Shown here: positions 58,256 to 64,000 of the stretch, piece after piece
Layout: every line of letters begins with the position of its first letter
Numbering within the stretch: the stretch's first letter is position 1
NCBI GenBank assembly: GCA_001662655.1
Contig: KV460235.1
Reading direction: 5' to 3' (one strand)
Origin: Pseudogymnoascus verrucosus
Taxonomy: Eukaryota
Length of the DNA: 64,000 bases
Translations under genes and position numbers: made by a program
The notes under the pieces: model-generated
The model's database searches: none
Told to the model about the DNA's origin: nothing
What the model saw: only the letters and a program-made list of their open reading frames with translations

Positions 58256-60898
58256 TGTGATTGTTAGTTAGGCAGTGGAGGGAATAAATGAAGTCCAGGT
58301 GGATGGGCCCTTTGATCCAGGAAATTTGCGGGGAAAGTATCAGCCTGGGAGAGTCCGTGGTAAAAATCCGAGTATCGGTTCCTTCCTTTTTCCAGTCCAA
58401 CGGGTGTGGGAAAATGGAGTTCAAACAGGGAGATCCAGGCAGTCCAGGGAGATGGAATAGTACAGCGACCGACACAAGCGGGGAAAGGCTTGATGTGTCA
58501 AATCCCGTGTGAAGAGACTCAAGTGGACTGGATCCTAGGTTTGTATTTGGTCCTTTTGGTATGGAAGTCTGCTCCTCTGACTGTGGATATGTGGGATCAC
58601 AAGTAACCTGGTACGGGAAGCTTTTTTCAACCGTAGGATAGACCGTGGGATAGAAGAAGAAACTCTCTCTGGAAGGAGGAGGGGATGGCGGATGCCTAGT
58701 ATATCTCCAAATCCCGGGGCGATAAACTGCGACAAGGAAAAAAACACAGTGCTATGCGCTGGCCAAGATGCAGTAAGGATGGAAGCAATGCACACAATAT
58801 CGAAATCCGAGGGAGGGATGGTTTTTGTATAGATGTTTGTTGGGGATTTTTCTTGGGGAAGAGTGATGGAAGAAGGAAGAGAGAGGAGGGAGGGATTCGA
58901 AGGTGGTGGGCGGAAGTCAAGGAAGAGATGGGAAGGGTTGGGTGTGGGTGGTGGGCGGGATGGTGGGCGGTGGGCGGTGGGTCAGTCTGGGTAACGCGTG
59001 CTAAGCGGTGGTTGGTTTGGGGGAAGAGCAAACACAGATGAGTGGTTGGTTGACACCTGTCTCTATGGCATCTATGGTCTCCTATGGCATGGGGGAGGAT
59101 TATGTAAGAATGCAGAAAGTCGAAGAGAGTTATACCATAGGACAATACTCGAGAAAAGGAAGATATCGAGGAGAATATAGTAGGTACGACTGGTACCGTC
59201 TAGTACCTACCATATATGCCTTGATACAACGCCTAACCGTCCCATGCCAACTAGTTGCGAGCCCATCTCCTCTATTTGCTCTACAATAAAGTGTATATTC
59301 GGTATATATGGAGCATAACCATCTATTTCGCTATCTTCCCTGCTCTTTCCACCTCTAATGCGCCTTCCATGCACTAGGGACGACAGAGCAGCAGCTGAAA
59401 ATGACCCTGATACGGCCAACCTTGCGCCATCACTGGCCATTGCCACAATGCCGCTTTATATGCTCTGCGGCTCGTTACATGGCGAGGAAGGACTGACATG
59501 GGCGATGTCGACGATGGGGTACACACGTCGCCCCGGGACCCTCAGCCAGGACCCCTCTGATGCCCAAGGGTTCGTTCACCCCACGCCCGTTCCCTCCAAC
59601 GACAACGATAACCGCTCTAGACCGATCGATGCAACCAACAGCCCGAGAGCCGCCTTCGGTAGATGGTAGACGAGACAAGGGCAAGCTTCGATGCCCACCG
59701 GTGGGAGAGAGAGCTCACCTGCCTTGCTTCGTCTCCTCGAGACCGCACTCTGCCTGAAGATATTGCGGCATGAAACGACTCGTTGGGCTTCGCTGGATAG
59801 CGACCCCACTGCAGTACCCATAGGTCGCGAGAGCGACACCAGTTGAGGCGAGGTAACCTCGCAGCCCCTAGAAGCTGCCGTGCTGCGATATTATCTCCAA
59901 TCTAGCACTCACGACCATTCCAACAACCTGGTTCGCATGCAAGGACAACTACGCAGTGCAGAACTCACCGAGATTGATACAGAGCACGGCAGCTAGGAAA
60001 AAACCATCCTGTCAGCGCATCCCAGCGCCACCAGTTACCTCCAGTACCGTCGCCACAGCTTGGGCCCATCGGGCACCAACGCGACCCATCAAAAAAGCAT
60101 AGCTGCCTTGTCGGGTACCTACGCCGGTTGTGCGCCAATGGGTACTTGTGTGTACAAGCTGTACATAACAACCAACTATAGTCCAACCACCCAACCCACT
60201 CTGTTCTTCGCAGTCATCTGATTGTTATGATTTGCCGTGAGAAATCTTTCATTGGGTTTTGTCGTGGATTTGCGTGTTGGCATACAGGCGGCTGCCTCGC
60301 AATACATTGGAGGTCGGGACGTGGCCAATCAGACCTAACAATCACGTGAATCTGAGACCGATCTGGGTCAGGTAGGTAAAAGGGAGACATGCTGATTGGT
60401 TACCTGTATATCGTCAACGGACCGTACCGGACCAGATTTTGGTGACAGGTCGTCCGTCTGTTGTCAAACGAGGCTGTTATAGAGGCTATTGTGCAAAGGG
60501 GTCCCCGCCGTGGGAAGCATGGTATCGGCGACGGGGATGAAAACAAGCCCGTCTCACGGTAAAGAGTGTGGGGATATCAGTAGCTGTAATCCACGTAGAT
60601 TCCTTCCAACAGGTGAGCCAGCCATGACGTCGGCGTTGGAAGTTTCTTCTCGACGAGGCTTGTTTCAGCCTCCCATTAAAATTTTGATACCCAAGGCAGG
60701 GACTGCACGGTTGGTAGCTGTGTGGGGAATAAGTTGAGTACTGGCCATGGATATGGGAATGCAACAAGTCCCCGGTATGTAAATATATCTGCTTTTTGCG
60801 GAGGTTGGTTTCATTGCACCATTCCAATCCCCATATTAATCTACTCCAGTAGATTGCTGAGTTATATAGTTACCCCCTGAGGGTATTTGCCATAAAAA

Positions 60899-62913
60899 TC
60901 AACCGAAACTAAGCTTGCTCTGTCCCTTTTCTGACTTTGCTGCGTCCTTTTTGCTCCCTTTATTCTTCTTTTTTCCTGGACCGGGCTTCGGTCGAGGTTG
61001 AGGGGTATGCGACAGTCTTCGGTCTTCGTCGTGCAGGTCTTTCGCAAAATGCCAATCATTATGGCTTTGAAATGAATTGTCGGATTCAAATGTTTCATTG
61101 CATTGCTTGCAGAAATATGATGTTATTGATGCGTTTTTGAACCCGGACTGGGGTGCGTGGATTTGGTGTGTTGCTGTAATATTGTCTTCTTCATCGAATG
61201 GCCAGTCCCCGATTTCCCCGATTTCCCCATGAGACCCCTCCAGCTTTTCCGATTCGTCAGTACCAGGCTGCTTCGAGAAAAATCCTTGGATACTCCTCGC
61301 GCCATGTTCTGTCTGCTGCCTCTTCTCTGGCCTATCTGATGCTCCATTCTCCGGCCTATAATCGTTTTCTCGAGCAGCCTTTGCCTCGTCGCCTTTCAAC
61401 AAAAACCCTCCAATGCCCATATTCCCTGTAATGCCGTCCTCGAACCCGGCAACACTAAGACTCAGATTCGCACAGGGCCACACGTTACCTTCGAGGATGA
61501 TCTGACCAAGGAGCTTGCTCGCCAGGTCAAACAAAATCGTCTCATCAATGGTTTTTCCCAACGGAATTGGCATCTGGCGAGATTTTGTCTGACCTCCGTG
61601 TCGGAAATGGAGGTTTATAGTCTTTGGCCTGCGCTTATTTTCCAGGACGCCTTCTTCGACTAGCCGAGAGTAGATATCACCGACAAATATCCTTAACCAC
61701 CGAGAGGCCTGTTCTCGTGTGTTAATACTTGGCCGAAATGACTTGGCTGAGAGCATCGATTTGATCTGTGTTCGTGAATTAACCTCACTCTGATCAATCC
61801 CTCTGATGGTTTGATAGACCCAGCTGCCAGTTTCATCGCCCAGCTTCTGCTTCAACCGCTCGATTGGTACCTCAAGTAGCCCTGATACCGTATCTGTCTC
61901 GAAGGTGTCGACAATTTGCGTACCCAACTTCCCCCCTAAATTTCTGATTTTGGTGAACTTGAAGTCAGAAAGAAATTGCTGTATAGCTCGGTTCCTGATG
62001 ACCGTCTGTTGGTTCGGTTTGCGATGCGCCGAACCGAGCTTGGATAACATCTTATTATGCGCAATACCGCCGGAACATGTGTATTTCAGTTGCTCCCTCA
62101 CAGCAGCCCGAACGTCTCGGACTATCTCTGAGCCGAGAAGGATGGCCACGTCGTCCCAGTCCGGATCATCATCTTCTGTTTCGCTAACGTCGAGGTCGAC
62201 TAAGGCGTCTGCTTTCCAATCCAATACAGTGGTTGGGGGCAGCGGAAGAAACTCGGATAGATCCTTAGGTGGCGACGAAAGTTCAGGATAATGCTCCAAA
62301 AGGATGCTATGAACCTGTGCAGATAAATCCAGAAAGACCTCATCTATACCTGCCTTCTCAACCCTCTGTAAGTCTGGCGGAAGGCATCCTTTCATGCAAG
62401 CCAGGATCTTCCGAGACTCCAGCCTATACGGGTCAAGAGAGACTTTGTGCGTGGCCATGTTCGCAGATGCATCTTTGTGGTATGCCCATTTCACATCGCC
62501 TTCTTTCCACGTCGCCACATGCTGCAAGATGGCATCTGGACATAGCTTTCTTGCCTCCTTCGCCGTGAGCATCCTTGATATGCCGAACGTACGGGCTGGG
62601 TAATTCACTGCTATGAGGGATTGCCTGGGAATGAAGAGCAATTATCAGCACAATAATATAATCATAAAAGATTTTAAACAAGGATAACCCACCACTGCTG
62701 CACCGCAAGAGGCTTGTCCTCTGGCAGGCCCAATCGCACCATCTCGCATTGGGCGTAGAAGGCATCGAGATCAATATGAGCAATGACTCGAAGGGGGCAT
62801 GTTACCGAAGACAGTGCAAGATGAGCAAGTTGTCTATATGTGAATTTCGACCGCTTGGTCGCATCGCCGCCAGCGGTAGGAGACGATTGCTCAAATGGCT
62901 GTGAGGACGACAT
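60899..62913 (-). CDS. RAD30: DNA polymerase eta (Y family)
   Basis: HIDLDAFYAQCE, AVQQW, IAVNY, AGIDEVFLD, KIRNLGGKLG, a PIP-like IQGFF and a UBZ finger CKQC...HNDWH. Intron 62625-62692. Confidence 0.95.
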
Positions 62914-63486
62914 CGCGCGCAGCTATGGACTGTACCTGTCCCAAAGCGTCTGTGGTCCACACCGTGAAATTTAACCACCTGTCAGCCTAACACTGCTAGG
63001 TAGCCCCTGCCGGCATTTTAAAAACGGTAAATTGTCTTGAATCTTTGCTTGGACTTGGAATTCACCAATGCTGAATACCGCCGCGTGATCGACCTCGCCA
63101 GGTGCGTGACACGTTCGTTGGTAACGCGCCCGCGTAAAGTGTTTTTCCAAGGCAGTGTGATTCCAAACATGTGGTCAGAAATGGGTGGAATAAAGGTACT
63201 AAGCAAAGCAAAAAGTTAAGACATAGTCGTGAAGCATGCATATGCTATATTTCTTGCTTCCTTTGACGTATTAGCGTTATTTATGATGTGTTGTGACTTC
63301 TTGGTTGTTCTCGTCTGGGTGTCATCTGATCTAATCTTATCGGATCTGATGTGATCCTGGACATGTCAAGGTACTTCAGCCTCACATAATCCTGTTGACT
63401 CAGCTGTCTAAGAATGTTTAAGAAGACACGTCTCGGTGTTGTTCTTTGGAAAATGGGTTTTGCAAGATCGGATATTTGCAGCCGCG

Positions 63487-64000
63487 ATGCTATCCCTCTC
63501 AGACCTCCCTCCTGAAATCCTCTCGGAAATAGCTACGTTTGTTGGGGGGGAATATCTTCGGGATCAGACAGAAAGGCTGCTCTTGTGCAAGGCTTGGTTC
63601 GACTCCCATATCCTCAGAGTAAAACTAGTCTAAAGGCATACTTTAGGTACAGAGCTGCGCATCATCTGGCTTTTGAGAATGTTATTATCGACATCGGGCC
63701 CCTCGAGCGTTGTCTGGCTGAGTCTCACTTTCCTGACAGCCTCGTGGGGACCAAATCATTATTTATCAGAGGCAAACCCTTCCACAAGACTTTAAGGTCT
63801 TATAACAAACTGATGGCAGCAAAAATGGAATGTATAGCAGGGCGAAACCATAACAGAAAGGGCGCTGAGATGTATCTAAGAAGGTGGTGGACCATCAACA
63901 TGTGCAACCTTCTCACATCTTTTGCCAAATATCTACCCCAAATGGCTGACCTCCGCTCTTTTCGAGTCAAAGTGCCTATTGGGTCGTTAACATCCGAGCG
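63487..64000 (+). CDS. F-box-like hypothetical protein, partial
   Basis: MLSLSDLPPEILSEIATFV...LLLCKAW|YRAA across intron 63597-63646; the frame stays open to the window end. Confidence 0.7.

Noticed and set aside
58260..60890. Short ORFs between the RfeG-like gene and RAD30
   Set aside because: All are under 150 aa, overlap inconsistently and lack motifs. I treated the region as a long 5' regulatory or UTR sequence.
60899..62913. Eso1-type pol eta-Eco1 acetyltransferase fusion
   Set aside because: The ORF ends shortly after the UBZ finger and a basic tail, with no acetyltransferase domain.

Overview
Gene-dense genomic DNA from a filamentous ascomycete, shown by short GT-AG introns with CTAAC-type branch points and Pezizomycotina-type proteins. 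A Leotiomycete such as Pseudogymnoascus is my guess from gene style only and is not proven. The window holds about 27 protein-coding loci, most of them conserved core genes: SLP1 (partial), RCE1, ALE1, VPS45, ADE5,7, VPS18, STE11, a GGCT/AIG2-like gene, PDX1/SNZ1, SIS1-type Hsp40, TUP1/RCO-1, ERG3, RAI1, GET4, OCH1, an RfeG-like gene and RAD30/pol eta. An ~11 kb accessory-looking segment (41-52 kb) carries an MFS transporter, a sarcosine-oxidase-family flavoenzyme, a RIP-inactivated 2.0 kb integrase-type DNA transposon with TGT...ACA inverted repeats, a broken membrane-protein ORF, an NmrA-like reductase and an atypical kinase. The most notable observations are: (1) a repeating, orientation-independent C-rich to G-rich sawtooth skew in ~0.5-1.5 kb units that shapes codon and amino-acid usage; (2) the Ginger/GingerRoot-like transposon with a C-terminal Cys cluster; (3) a small hypothetical gene with two motifs resembling APC/C subunit APC16; (4) an 8-nt microexon in RAI1; (5) a four-unit step-type heat-shock element upstream of the Hsp40 gene. 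I recognised no tRNA, rRNA or CRISPR array. Exon boundaries were inferred by eye and family calls come from motif recognition, not database searches.
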